From the sequence record OP889247.1: DNA of 64,000 nt; one strand, given 5' to 3'. Positions 25,899-35,407 of this stretch are shown here, in pieces (the stretch's first letter is position 1; every line of letters begins with the position of its first letter). The notes under the pieces are model-generated. The model did not search any database and was not told the DNA's origin. It saw only the letters and a program-made list of their open reading frames with translations. A program made the position numbers and the translations under genes.

Positions 25899-27323
25899 AT
25901 GAATATCGTTTATTATCTTGTCAGCTCATTAGTAAAAGATAAAAACGTAGGACTCTCTGGTGGTCATGGTTATACCTACGATCAAACTAAAGAGAGTTCC
26001 CGTAAGCTGATAAAAGACACTCCATCCGGGTACGGTTACTTTGTGAATGGGAGTTATCAAAGTATCCCCGTTGAACAAGTAATGATATTGAATGGTCGTG
26101 GTCTTCGACAGGAGACTGATGTAGATGCATTCTTAGCTCATTTGATTGATCTGCTGGAATATGCAGAACGAGAAAACGCTGAGAAAGTATTGATCATTCA
26201 CGATAGTGTCAATGGTCAGAAACTCTTGGAAAATAATAAAGTATCTGAAAAGTTTGCTGATAATAACTATGTAAAGAGAGCGCGGGAACTTTACAGCAAA
26301 CTTAAAGGTAAGATTATCTTTGACCTTGAGTATTACGCTAAAGGTGGGGAAGGTCCGAAACAAGCCCACAAACAGATGGAACTTGCTCAAGCAATGTTGG
26401 AACTACCCATTGGGGAACCAGTGAGTATTGATATTGTTACTGTAAAAGATTATAAGAATCCTGAGAACGATTTTAACAAGGTAGTTACTGCGTCTCGTTG
26501 GTTCTTTAATACTGGTGACAAGTCTGAGTTTTACAACATTGACGAAAACGGTTATCGTCGGTACGAGTTTGGTCGGATTGATCCTCAGAAAGCGTACTAT
26601 GGTAAGGCTACACCTGATGTCTTTTATTCGGCACTTTTTACCAAAACTCCAATTGTTATTTTGGATAAGCTGTACGATTTCTGTAAAGCAGTTAAACCCA
26701 ATCCGTTGAATCTGCTAGCCGCCGCTGATGTTGGAATGGTTAAGTCCAAGGAAATTAGTCGTGTAATCGATACTATTCCTGGAACGTTGACTAAGAACGA
26801 TCTGAAAGCATCTATGAGCATTGCTGGTGTTACAGATCCTGTATTGGTTAACTTCATCGATCCTCCTGGCTTGAGTTATCGAATTAAAGATTTCCAATAT
26901 AAGTTGAAAATGCTTCATTCGTACTTTATGCGCAGGGATGAGAATAACCAATTCCAGAAACAACATTTCTTGGACATCACTGATAAGTTCTTTGAACAAG
27001 ATGCTAAAGGTAAATGGAAGATCCATTCTGACTTTACTAATAACACCTTGACTGTACCTATCATGATTGATGCTCCAGGTTGTGTGAAACAAGTTAAGAT
27101 CAATTTGGCTATTCGTTATGACATTCCAGAACGTAACGCTTTGAACAGCATTATCAATAATAAGATAACTGATTTCAAAGTGTGGATTGGATTGGACTTT
27201 AACGATGACGCTGGTGTGATGTATTACACTGTGATTCAAACACCCGATTTCAACTTGGTACACTGTAACTCATGTGCTTCTCTTCGAGTGTACAACTTGA
27301 AAGAGTTGGGAAAAGCTAAGTAA
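25899..27323 (+). CDS. RNase H-like protein (phiKZ gp155-type), catalytic set apparently degenerate
   Basis: GGHGYTY strand, IIHDS (cf. TDS), YYAKG (cf. WVKGH), then a long phage-specific C-terminal domain; recognised from memory. Confidence 0.5.
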   Translation: MNIVYYLVSSLVKDKNVGLSGGHGYTYDQTKESSRKLIKDTPSGYGYFVNGSYQSIPVEQVMILNGRGLRQETDVDAFLAHLIDLLEYAERENAEKVLIIHDSVNGQKLLENNKVSEKFADNNYVKRARELYSKLKGKIIFDLEYYAKGGEGPKQAHKQMELAQAMLELPIGEPVSIDIVTVKDYKNPENDFNKVVTASRWFFNTGDKSEFYNIDENGYRRYEFGRIDPQKAYYGKATPDVFYSALFTKTPIVILDKLYDFCKAVKPNPLNLLAAADVGMVKSKEISRVIDTIPGTLTKNDLKASMSIAGVTDPVLVNFIDPPGLSYRIKDFQYKLKMLHSYFMRRDENNQFQKQHFLDITDKFFEQDAKGKWKIHSDFTNNTLTVPIMIDAPGCVKQVKINLAIRYDIPERNALNSIINNKITDFKVWIGLDFNDDAGVMYYTVIQTPDFNLVHCNSCASLRVYNLKELGKAK

Positions 27324-27337
27324 CAATATGATGAATG

Positions 27338-27366
27338 ACCTCTACTCTCCATTGGAGAGTAGAGGT
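27338..27366. terminator. hairpin at convergent junction
   Basis: ACCTCTACTCTCCA-T-TGGAGAGTAGAGGT. Confidence 0.75.
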
Positions 27367-27388
27367 TTACTTTATGTTTGTTTATTTC

Positions 27389-28345
27389 TTACCAGTTAAC
27401 TTCTTTGATGTTGTCGTTAGTCATAACAGTGTCAAAGACACTTTGATCTTCGCTCAGTACGGCAATAGAAACACTACCAAAGATCTCTGCAATTTTACCA
27501 ATGGTCTTGTTGCAACTCTTGATGCAGTTAGCAGTGTGACTAGAAAGGTTAGCCAGATAGTTAGTTACTTTCTTGGAGTAACGATGGTCTTGCTCGTTCT
27601 CAGCTTTGCCTTCTGCAAGTTTCTTAGTTTGTTCGTTAGACTTCTCAAGAGCAGGAGTAACTTTAGCTTGCAAGGATTTGAAAGCAGAACGCAGTTCAGC
27701 GATCTTGGCACACAGAGCCGCCGCTTCAGTCAAAGATTTAACATCTGCTTCTACTTTCTTACCAACCAGCTTACCCATATCCTGATAAAGAGTGTTGATT
27801 TTACTAAGGTCAGAAGAGAAATCAGGGAAGTCTGCTTTGATTTTCTCAGCAGTTCCTTTGATATCTTTCATAAGCCCATCTTTATCGATCAAATAGACAT
27901 CGTTCATCTTACGAAGACCGACTGTATGGACAACTGTCTCTGGATCGAGCTTAGCAACGTGAGTTTTCAGTTTAGCTTCGGCTTTCTCACGTTCTTCTGG
28001 GGACATTGCAGCCAGAGCTTTATTAACCTTACCAGGGAGTTCATTAGCTGCCTTTACAGTTTTAGCTACCTGTTGATCTTGCTTAGCGCCAGCCGCTCCA
28101 AAGAAGAACTCTTTGACAGATTTGAGCCAAGATTTAATCATCTCGTAGAACTTGACAGCGCCATCTTTGATGGTCTGAACGAAACCTTCATTACCAGCGT
28201 ACTGATTAAAGGAAACGCCGTTCAAAGACAAGCAGGTACGAGTGTAAGCGGCGTCACCATCTTTAGCATTGATGTCGTTATCGAGTGATTCAAAACCAGC
28301 CAGCAGACTTTGGAAATGTTCTACATCAGAAACAAAAACGTTCAT
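27389..28345 (-). CDS. internal head/ejection protein (phiKZ_IP-like) with cleavable propeptide
   Basis: AGFES and AGNE|GFVQTIKDGAVKFYEMIKSWLKSVKEFF: xE-site followed by amphipathic helix typical of phiKZ internal head proteins. Confidence 0.75.
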   Translation of the reverse strand: MNVFVSDVEHFQSLLAGFESLDNDINAKDGDAAYTRTCLSLNGVSFNQYAGNEGFVQTIKDGAVKFYEMIKSWLKSVKEFFFGAAGAKQDQQVAKTVKAANELPGKVNKALAAMSPEEREKAEAKLKTHVAKLDPETVVHTVGLRKMNDVYLIDKDGLMKDIKGTAEKIKADFPDFSSDLSKINTLYQDMGKLVGKKVEADVKSLTEAAALCAKIAELRSAFKSLQAKVTPALEKSNEQTKKLAEGKAENEQDHRYSKKVTNYLANLSSHTANCIKSCNKTIGKIAEIFGSVSIAVLSEDQSVFDTVMTNDNIKEVNW

Positions 28346-28357
28346 AAATACAGTCCT

Positions 28358-30484
28358 TTAAAATACATCAGAAATAGAAGTACGGATAAGAGAAATACTT
28401 GGAACAGCTTCCACAACATCCAATGGAATATCTAACAAAGGATCCGTGGTAGGAATGTCCCAAATATATTCACCAGATTCCATCCCACCAATTGCAGTTG
28501 TGTTAACACCAAGTTCAGCAACACCTGGTATTTTACCACCACCAAGTAAAGCCTCTACCTGCTCCCTAGACCATTCCATGATATCAATTGATCTACTAGT
28601 GATGTTCTCTTCCTCACCAGTATCAAGATCAATTAGATAAACATAACACTTTTCATCCTGTCCTCTACGATGAACCCGAGCGATGGTCTGTGTCAATTCG
28701 TAGGATCTAAATGGGGAGTTCATTAAGATGATCTGGTTAGCCATTAACATTGGCTTACCTTCCCTCAGTGTTTGGAAGGTAGTGATCAATGGGTTGGTAT
28801 CTGGGTCATCGGTTAACTGTTCAATTACTTTATCAATCTCAGTACTGTTATTACCATACACGGAAACTGATTTTAAACCAACTTCTTTGAAGTAATCTTC
28901 CAACTCCTTAATAACTTCTACATAAGAAGTATAAACCAGAGTTTTCTTTTTAACACCTTCAATAAGTTTAGGTAAATTAGCATGACGAATGGTTTCCTTA
29001 ATGGCATTCATTCGGGCTTTACCTAACACATTACCAAGAGCTTCACCTCTGATCTTTAAACCAACATATTTAACAGCTGACTTAATGTGTCTAAAGTAAT
29101 GAAGATCTTCTCCTTTCAAATAGGACTCAATTTCCTTTTCAACCGAAGCACAGAACTTTGATTTATCTGCATCAGTAAAGTTATTGTATCCATTAGCTTG
29201 AAAGTAGTTAACATAGTCCACATAAGTCTTTACTCTAGCCTGAATAGATTGGTCACTCCACTTACGTTCTTTGAAATCATTAACGTAAATTAACCAATCT
29301 TCCTTATAAGTACTCATACGTTCTTTATAGAACCTAACACGTTCTGTGATATAGGTCAACATATCAGTACGGATGTTATTCAGGGTAAAGGCTTCAGCAC
29401 CTGGGAAGGAAACTTTAATTACCTCAGGCTCAGGAGGAGCTTCCATGGTTGTAATAGCCGGGATGGTGTATTTGATTCTACCTAATCTATGAGCAAGCAT
29501 CTCATTAAGGAACGTGTTATCTCTCCCATACATTTTCAAGAAGTTATCTCTGACATTCTTATCAAAGAACTTATCGATGATGGTAAACAAAGCGTAAGTT
29601 TCTTTACCTTGCGCTTTAATAGGAGTACCTGACATAAAGAGCACATCAGAGATATATGGGTGAGAACAGAAATCAATTAAACCTTTAGTTTGTTGAGAAC
29701 TGTGTTCATTGTAGTTATGGCATTCATCTACAATCACTTTGGCTGGAAGTTGACCATTCTTAGTAATGGTTTTAATAGCCAGTTCCCAACTCTCTGTGCG
29801 AATGGGTTCTTTATGAATAATAAAGATCTCAGCATCCACGTGGTTTAGGATGTTAGTTCCATCCAGAGAAGTCCAAACTTTAGGGGGTTTCTTATACACT
29901 TTATTGATTTCATTTACCCAAGGTGAATAGACCAACCCCTTTGGAACTACAATAAATAATTTACCTTTGGAGATCATTTTACTCCAAATCAAAGACGTCG
30001 GACTCTTTCCAGAACCAACTACAGCGTCTAGTAAGCACCCCTTAAGTTGGAAACCGTATTTAATCCGACTGTATTCTTCCAGGAAATCCCGTTGGTCAGG
30101 ATAAGGTGTTATGGTAAACTCTTTAAGAGCTTCGTCAACAGGATAACTAGGAAAAGTTTGGTAAGTTGTTTCCAACCATGTTTTGGTTTTGACTTCATCG
30201 TACAATTGTTTATAACGAAACAGACCGACGTAATAACGATCAACTGTACGTTTATTCTTTTGGTTAGTAAGATGATCTAGAATCCAAGCAAGTTCCACCA
30301 TAAAGAACTTGTGAATTTTAAATGATCTTGCATTAATCCTGGTAATAAGACGATTGAAAATAACACTTGTGCCGAAGTTATTTTTCAAGTCACTTTCAAA
30401 TGCCTTTGTATTAATACCCGTAACTACATAAAACGAACCTACTTGCTCTACCTTTGGGCTGAGTGTAAAGTAACCAGATAACAT
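28358..30484 (-). CDS. SNF2/SF2-type helicase
   Basis: LDAVVGSGKS (I), IVDECH (II), SGTP (III), QTIARVHRRGQ (VI). Confidence 0.9.
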   Translation of the reverse strand: MLSGYFTLSPKVEQVGSFYVVTGINTKAFESDLKNNFGTSVIFNRLITRINARSFKIHKFFMVELAWILDHLTNQKNKRTVDRYYVGLFRYKQLYDEVKTKTWLETTYQTFPSYPVDEALKEFTITPYPDQRDFLEEYSRIKYGFQLKGCLLDAVVGSGKSPTSLIWSKMISKGKLFIVVPKGLVYSPWVNEINKVYKKPPKVWTSLDGTNILNHVDAEIFIIHKEPIRTESWELAIKTITKNGQLPAKVIVDECHNYNEHSSQQTKGLIDFCSHPYISDVLFMSGTPIKAQGKETYALFTIIDKFFDKNVRDNFLKMYGRDNTFLNEMLAHRLGRIKYTIPAITTMEAPPEPEVIKVSFPGAEAFTLNNIRTDMLTYITERVRFYKERMSTYKEDWLIYVNDFKERKWSDQSIQARVKTYVDYVNYFQANGYNNFTDADKSKFCASVEKEIESYLKGEDLHYFRHIKSAVKYVGLKIRGEALGNVLGKARMNAIKETIRHANLPKLIEGVKKKTLVYTSYVEVIKELEDYFKEVGLKSVSVYGNNSTEIDKVIEQLTDDPDTNPLITTFQTLREGKPMLMANQIILMNSPFRSYELTQTIARVHRRGQDEKCYVYLIDLDTGEEENITSRSIDIMEWSREQVEALLGGGKIPGVAELGVNTTAIGGMESGEYIWDIPTTDPLLDIPLDVVEAVPSISLIRTSISDVF

Positions 30485-30497
30485 AAGGAACCCTTAG

Positions 30498-31577
30498 ATG
30501 GAAAATTTTAACTCTGATAAATTTGTTAGTTTTCTTCACTTCGCTAACTTTGTACTCCCTGAAGAAGGCATTATGGAGCTAGATGAAGATACTGTAAACG
30601 AAGTAATCAAAATATCTCTTGGTGAACATCTCTTTACTGTTACTAGAAAGTTCTGGAATAAGTTTTGTAAGATTGTTGAGAAAGAAGAGTTAGGTGAACT
30701 ACTTCAAATGCTGGAAGAAGTTGATGGTCCATTTAAGTATTCTGCTAAACCTAGTGTAGATGATTTCTTACCTAACTTAGCTGAAGATCTGAAAGAACTT
30801 CCTGATAATGTTAAAGACGTTATTCAACAGCGTATTTCCGGTATTGTTAATATCACTGGTATTCAGATTCGTCGTTTGGCAGAGATCATTAACAAACGTA
30901 TTGAAGACGTTAGTCGTGATGTTAACATTATCAAAGACTTTGATGCTTTTCTAACTCTTGATGTTACCTATGAGAAAGGATTTAAGCTGTTTCTCTGTTT
31001 TGATAAGATCAACCCGATCTTTGATGAACCAACTGATATTCAGATTCTTCGTACTCCAATGAGTAATGAAGACATTAAACTTTATATCGGTGATGACTAT
31101 AAAGAGATTCGTCGTTTGTTCACTTTGATCGAAGAAGCTGTCAATAGTCTACTGGAATGTAAAGCAGTTAGCTTTAGTAGTTTAGCTAAGGACTTTGCAA
31201 TCAGCTTGGTTAATGGTTCTATCGTTCAACATCTACTTCAGATTACTCCAGTATTTATCTCGTTTGGTGGTGTAGATAACTGGAGACTGTTTGGTGACCT
31301 TACTCCTAACTCTACAGTTTGTCATAAACTGCTCGATCAGGAACTTGAGTACATTGTTAAGTACCTCAAAGAGATTCCTTTAGAAGAAGGCGTCGACTAT
31401 TACGCAGTGGATATTAACCATCTCACTGTATATGGTCGCAATAACCTCAATAAGACAGTCTCCGGTCCGCACAGTAAACATAGTGACCACCTATCCCTGC
31501 GTTACAATGACGGCTTCTTTAATCTACTCCTGTTGCGTTTAAAACAAGCTGACAATAAAATCTGTTTTAGTTACTAA
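30498..31577 (+). CDS. hypothetical protein
   Basis: 359-aa acidic ORF, AAGGA SD. Confidence 0.8.
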   Translation: MENFNSDKFVSFLHFANFVLPEEGIMELDEDTVNEVIKISLGEHLFTVTRKFWNKFCKIVEKEELGELLQMLEEVDGPFKYSAKPSVDDFLPNLAEDLKELPDNVKDVIQQRISGIVNITGIQIRRLAEIINKRIEDVSRDVNIIKDFDAFLTLDVTYEKGFKLFLCFDKINPIFDEPTDIQILRTPMSNEDIKLYIGDDYKEIRRLFTLIEEAVNSLLECKAVSFSSLAKDFAISLVNGSIVQHLLQITPVFISFGGVDNWRLFGDLTPNSTVCHKLLDQELEYIVKYLKEIPLEEGVDYYAVDINHLTVYGRNNLNKTVSGPHSKHSDHLSLRYNDGFFNLLLLRLKQADNKICFSY

Positions 31578-31589
31578 GCAAACATAAAG

Positions 31590-31617
31590 CCTAAGGTAGA
31601 CAATCGTCTACCTTAGG
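31590..31617. terminator. hairpin at convergent junction
   Basis: CCTAAGGTAGAC-AATC-GTCTACCTTAGG. Confidence 0.75.
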
Positions 31618-31620
31618 TAT

Positions 31621-32394
31621 TTACAGTTTCACTAATTCTTCAGAATGAATATTGAGAACTCGTGTTACTTCTGCGAGCAAAGTAAAAGAGTAACCAATGA
31701 AAGTCATGTTATCTGAAAGGAATTGAATAGACTCATTAAGCAAAGCAAAGTCAGCAGGAGATAGAATAATCTCATTACTATCGACTTTACGCTTAACCAG
31801 TTTAACAATCTCTACAACTTGATCTGCTTGTTTAGCAAGAACTTCTGCATCACGAGATTTCAAAGTAACAACTTCTTTATTGAAGTATTTGATTACATCT
31901 CCCACTTCTGACCAATTGGTATAAAGTTCAGAAACAGGACGAGTGAATACTTTACTTTCTTTAAGCTGTTCTACTTTCTCACGTAGTTCGCTAATTAGAA
32001 CCAAGTGATCACCATTACGAATACTAAAAGGAACCTTACCAGTTGCGGCAGTATTCTTTAGTGCTCGATAAAGATCTTCAGCTTGAGTCATAACCAGTTT
32101 CATAGCACCGATAGATTGGAGTAACAAAATAGTATACTCTTTGAAACTCATCTGTGCTGGGTTAAAGAAAACTGGGGATTGGATATGTTTGAACGAGACA
32201 TCAAAATAAGTTTTATTACTTTTCAACCAAACACTTGGATCTGTTTTAACAGTATGAATGGACTTATTAAAATGTTTGGCATTGAACTTATCAATACCTA
32301 GAGAAAACTCTTTATACAGAGATGAAATACGCTCACCAACGGTAAGTGCTTCATTTCCAGTGATCTGATCAAGATCAAAAATACGAGTAGTCAT
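31621..32394 (-). CDS. helical protein, probable head protein with N-terminal propeptide
   Basis: 257 aa; TGNE|A at residues 12-16 fits the protease site seen elsewhere in the window. Confidence 0.55.
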   Translation of the reverse strand: MTTRIFDLDQITGNEALTVGERISSLYKEFSLGIDKFNAKHFNKSIHTVKTDPSVWLKSNKTYFDVSFKHIQSPVFFNPAQMSFKEYTILLLQSIGAMKLVMTQAEDLYRALKNTAATGKVPFSIRNGDHLVLISELREKVEQLKESKVFTRPVSELYTNWSEVGDVIKYFNKEVVTLKSRDAEVLAKQADQVVEIVKLVKRKVDSNEIILSPADFALLNESIQFLSDNMTFIGYSFTLLAEVTRVLNIHSEELVKL

Positions 32395-32451
32395 GCTATG
32401 GAAATCCCATTAGTGTGAATCGATTCATAACATTTGAGAAAAGGGTTGATT

Positions 32452-33918
32452 ATGCTTTCTGCTTTGAGTTTCATTAAAGATTATGGTGCCGATTCTAATC
32501 TGCAAATCGGGCTAAACGTCTCTCCAATTTTTGATATGCAAACCACGAACATGATCAAGGGTGAAGATGATGTTTGGTATATGAATGGTGGGTTGATGCC
32601 AATCAATGCATTGGCTGGTGGTAACAACACCCAGAAGACTGGTCGACTGGTTAAAGACTGCGCGGCTCTACTTCACCGATTCCGTCACGCAACTATTCTT
32701 TACGGTGATACTGAATCTACTCTGGATGTTAACCGTCTTGCTGAAGAAGTAAACCGTTTGTATGGCATTGAAAACTACTTCGAAGATTATATCGAGGATA
32801 AGCGTTTCTTCTACATGCCTAACTCTGCTGGTATTGACGGTACTGAGCTTCATAACAAAGTACTTGATATCTATAAACGTATCCAAACACTCTCAGAGTC
32901 CAAAGATAAAGCTGAACAAGAAGCGTATAAAGAACTCTTCATGGATACCCCGTGGACTTCTAAGAAGACAGGTAAACGTATTCAAGTTCAACATCCTATT
33001 CTCTTTATCTGTGATTCCATTTCAGAAGTCATGTTTGACAAACTAATGTTCAAACAGTTTGATGAAGGTGATATGGATGAGGGTGGTAAGAAACGTACTC
33101 GTGATATGGAGATCGGTAACCTTCGTCGTATCCTGATGACTGATGTTTGTATCCTCGGTCCTCGAGTAGGTATTCGTTCTTACTGGATCGCACAATCTGC
33201 TGATGTAATCAATATGGATGGTAAACCTAAAGAGAAAGACTCTACCTTCCTTCGTCACAACAAGAAACTCTCTGCTCCTAAAGCAATGTTGAAACTCCCT
33301 CACATTGGTGTAGAGATTATCAAGGGGACGGTATTGAAGCAGACAGATCACTCCGTTACTTATCCTCGTGGTAAAGAAAGTCAGATCGAAGTTAATGCTA
33401 AGAGTAATCCAGATCTTGTTGAATACTTCACTACAGTGTTTCGTAACAAGTCAGGTAGCTCAGGTGGTGACATCTCCTTTATCGGTTCTCAGGAGCTGGG
33501 TATTCAGGAAGGCATGAGTATGTATCACATGCTCAAAGAAGCTAAGTACTTTGGGTTGACGGGTTCTGCTGTTCGCCACGCTTGTGCTCTTTATCCTGAG
33601 TGTAGTTTGATGCGAACCACAGTACGTGATCTGGTAGAAGGTGAAACACGCGATCCTAAGTTGTACCGTGCTATTGAGATCACTTGGCAACTGTGGTTTA
33701 TTCAGACCTTCTGGAGTAACATCCCTGCCAACTTCCGTATCACCCCAGAGGAGCTTTATAACGCTGTTAAAGAACAAGGTATCGATTGGAATGATATCCT
33801 TGAGAACACAGTTTACTTCTGGCACGATAACCCGGAACACATTAAGAAACACACACTGACTGTTTATGAACTTCTAGAGATTGCAGTCAATAAGAAAAAA
33901 CCTTATTGGATTAAATAA
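32452..33918 (+). CDS. uvsX: UvsX/RecA-like recombinase (phiKZ gp152-type)
   Basis: Walker A variant AGGNNTQKT, YGDTESTLD, Walker B LFICDSIS; start moved to ATG 32452. Confidence 0.75.
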   Translation: MLSALSFIKDYGADSNLQIGLNVSPIFDMQTTNMIKGEDDVWYMNGGLMPINALAGGNNTQKTGRLVKDCAALLHRFRHATILYGDTESTLDVNRLAEEVNRLYGIENYFEDYIEDKRFFYMPNSAGIDGTELHNKVLDIYKRIQTLSESKDKAEQEAYKELFMDTPWTSKKTGKRIQVQHPILFICDSISEVMFDKLMFKQFDEGDMDEGGKKRTRDMEIGNLRRILMTDVCILGPRVGIRSYWIAQSADVINMDGKPKEKDSTFLRHNKKLSAPKAMLKLPHIGVEIIKGTVLKQTDHSVTYPRGKESQIEVNAKSNPDLVEYFTTVFRNKSGSSGGDISFIGSQELGIQEGMSMYHMLKEAKYFGLTGSAVRHACALYPECSLMRTTVRDLVEGETRDPKLYRAIEITWQLWFIQTFWSNIPANFRITPEELYNAVKEQGIDWNDILENTVYFWHDNPEHIKKHTLTVYELLEIAVNKKKPYWIK

Positions 33919-33920
33919 TT

Positions 33921-34274
33921 ATGCTTCACGACTATTCTGTATTGGTATTGGTAGAACCGGATTTCAACTTTAAAGCTAAAGATGTCGAAACTTATCTAGC
34001 TAAACTTAAAACGTTTCTGTTAAAACGTGCTGGTGATATTAATCTGCGTGTGGTAACAGTAGAAGGTAAGTATGGTATTCCTGGTGTAGAAGTTATGCCA
34101 ACCGATAATCGAAATAAGACTGCTTTTATTAAAGCTGTCGAAGATTATTTGGGACAACTCAATGAGATTGTCGTCATCGCTAACTTCCAGAAAGAACCTT
34201 ATTTAGATGCGGTTAGTATTAAAGCGTCAGAAGCATCTAAGACATTCACTGTTTACGGTTACGAGACCAAGTAA
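33921..34274 (+). CDS. hypothetical protein
   Basis: 117-aa ORF tiling the operon. Confidence 0.75.
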   Translation: MLHDYSVLVLVEPDFNFKAKDVETYLAKLKTFLLKRAGDINLRVVTVEGKYGIPGVEVMPTDNRNKTAFIKAVEDYLGQLNEIVVIANFQKEPYLDAVSIKASEASKTFTVYGYETK

Positions 34275-34952
34275 ATGAAACATCGTAGCGAAATTGAAGA
34301 AGAGATTCTGACATTCGCAAAACGCATGACACCAGGTGGCGGAAGTCACCTGGTTTATAAAGCTCTGTTTAAAAAAATGAACGACGAGCAATTTAAAGCG
34401 TTTTGGAATGGTATTTGTGACAGTAACTTTATTCCTGTCTTTGTGAATAACTTTGACAATAAGGAGATGATTGATTACGATGATGTTTGTTTGTTCGCAA
34501 AAGAACTAAACATTCCATTGGAACAGCAACTCGTTATTACCGATCCTGATTCTGGTTTGGAATATACCACTCCAGAGACGGCCATTGTAGGTTACGCAGA
34601 AATGCGTAAACAACGTCAGTTGCAAGCTAAGAAGTTTGGTGCTAGTAAGAACGATCACGAGACAGAAGACCTTACAGGACAACCTACAGGAGATTCTAAA
34701 GCAGGTGGTATCAGTTCTCCTGAGATCCGAGTATTGCTGTCACTAGGTTTGAAAACCACTGCTAAGGAACTCTTTGATGTTCGTGGTGGTGATGTGAAAG
34801 CTTATCGAGCTTACAAGTCAGATATACTTACCAGTGGTGAAACAACTACGCAATCTTCTTTGCAGCGTGGATCTGGTGTTAAGTCTCTTCAGACAGCACA
34901 CTTCTTACTGCGTGGTAGGATGCTTGATAACAATCTCAATGCTAAGGGCTAA
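34275..34952 (+). CDS. rpoB: virion RNA polymerase beta-subunit C-terminal fragment (phiKZ gp149-like)
   Basis: LTGQPTGDSKAGGISSPEIRVLLSLG...ELFDVRGGD aligns with the beta C-terminal TxQPxxG...GG..GEME...L...E...KSDD region. Confidence 0.8.
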   Translation: MKHRSEIEEEILTFAKRMTPGGGSHLVYKALFKKMNDEQFKAFWNGICDSNFIPVFVNNFDNKEMIDYDDVCLFAKELNIPLEQQLVITDPDSGLEYTTPETAIVGYAEMRKQRQLQAKKFGASKNDHETEDLTGQPTGDSKAGGISSPEIRVLLSLGLKTTAKELFDVRGGDVKAYRAYKSDILTSGETTTQSSLQRGSGVKSLQTAHFLLRGRMLDNNLNAKG

Positions 34953-34954
34953 CT

Positions 34955-35407
34955 ATGGATCAACTACCTATTCCAGGTCAACTTGTTGATCCTGTTGAAG
35001 CCCTGCTAGGGGATATTGTTGAAGAAGCAATGATTGAGATTATTGCTAATAAAGACAGTTCTCTATTTTGGACCAAACTCAAAGATCATCTTTACGAAAC
35101 CGCTTTAATTTCGTTTGAAGAAAATTACAATAATCTAATTGCTGACTTGGGACAAACCCCAGATGCATTTGATTACTTTGTTAGATTTGTTCAACGTGTA
35201 TTAGCTAAACCGTATTGTACGGAAGCTTTGCGTAAAGTAGAGTCTACTCGAGAGTTGGTTAACAAAACAGCTGGGTTAGATAACATGTTGGTCGTTACAG
35301 CTGATAATAAAGATCAAGTTAAACCTATCTGTTATATGCTCGCTGTGTACGCTCCAATCACGATGTATCGAATTAATGTCATTGGTGTAGATAAAGGGGA
35401 AGAATAA
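34955..35407 (+). CDS. hypothetical protein
   Basis: 150-aa ORF. Confidence 0.75.
   Translation: MDQLPIPGQLVDPVEALLGDIVEEAMIEIIANKDSSLFWTKLKDHLYETALISFEENYNNLIADLGQTPDAFDYFVRFVQRVLAKPYCTEALRKVESTRELVNKTAGLDNMLVVTADNKDQVKPICYMLAVYAPITMYRINVIGVDKGEE

Noticed and set aside
27335-28288. 317-aa + strand ORF and other long antisense ORFs (e.g. 17577-18008, 45719-46378, 4435-4881)
   Set aside because: They are shadows of well-supported genes on the opposite strand, without SD sites or recognisable motifs.
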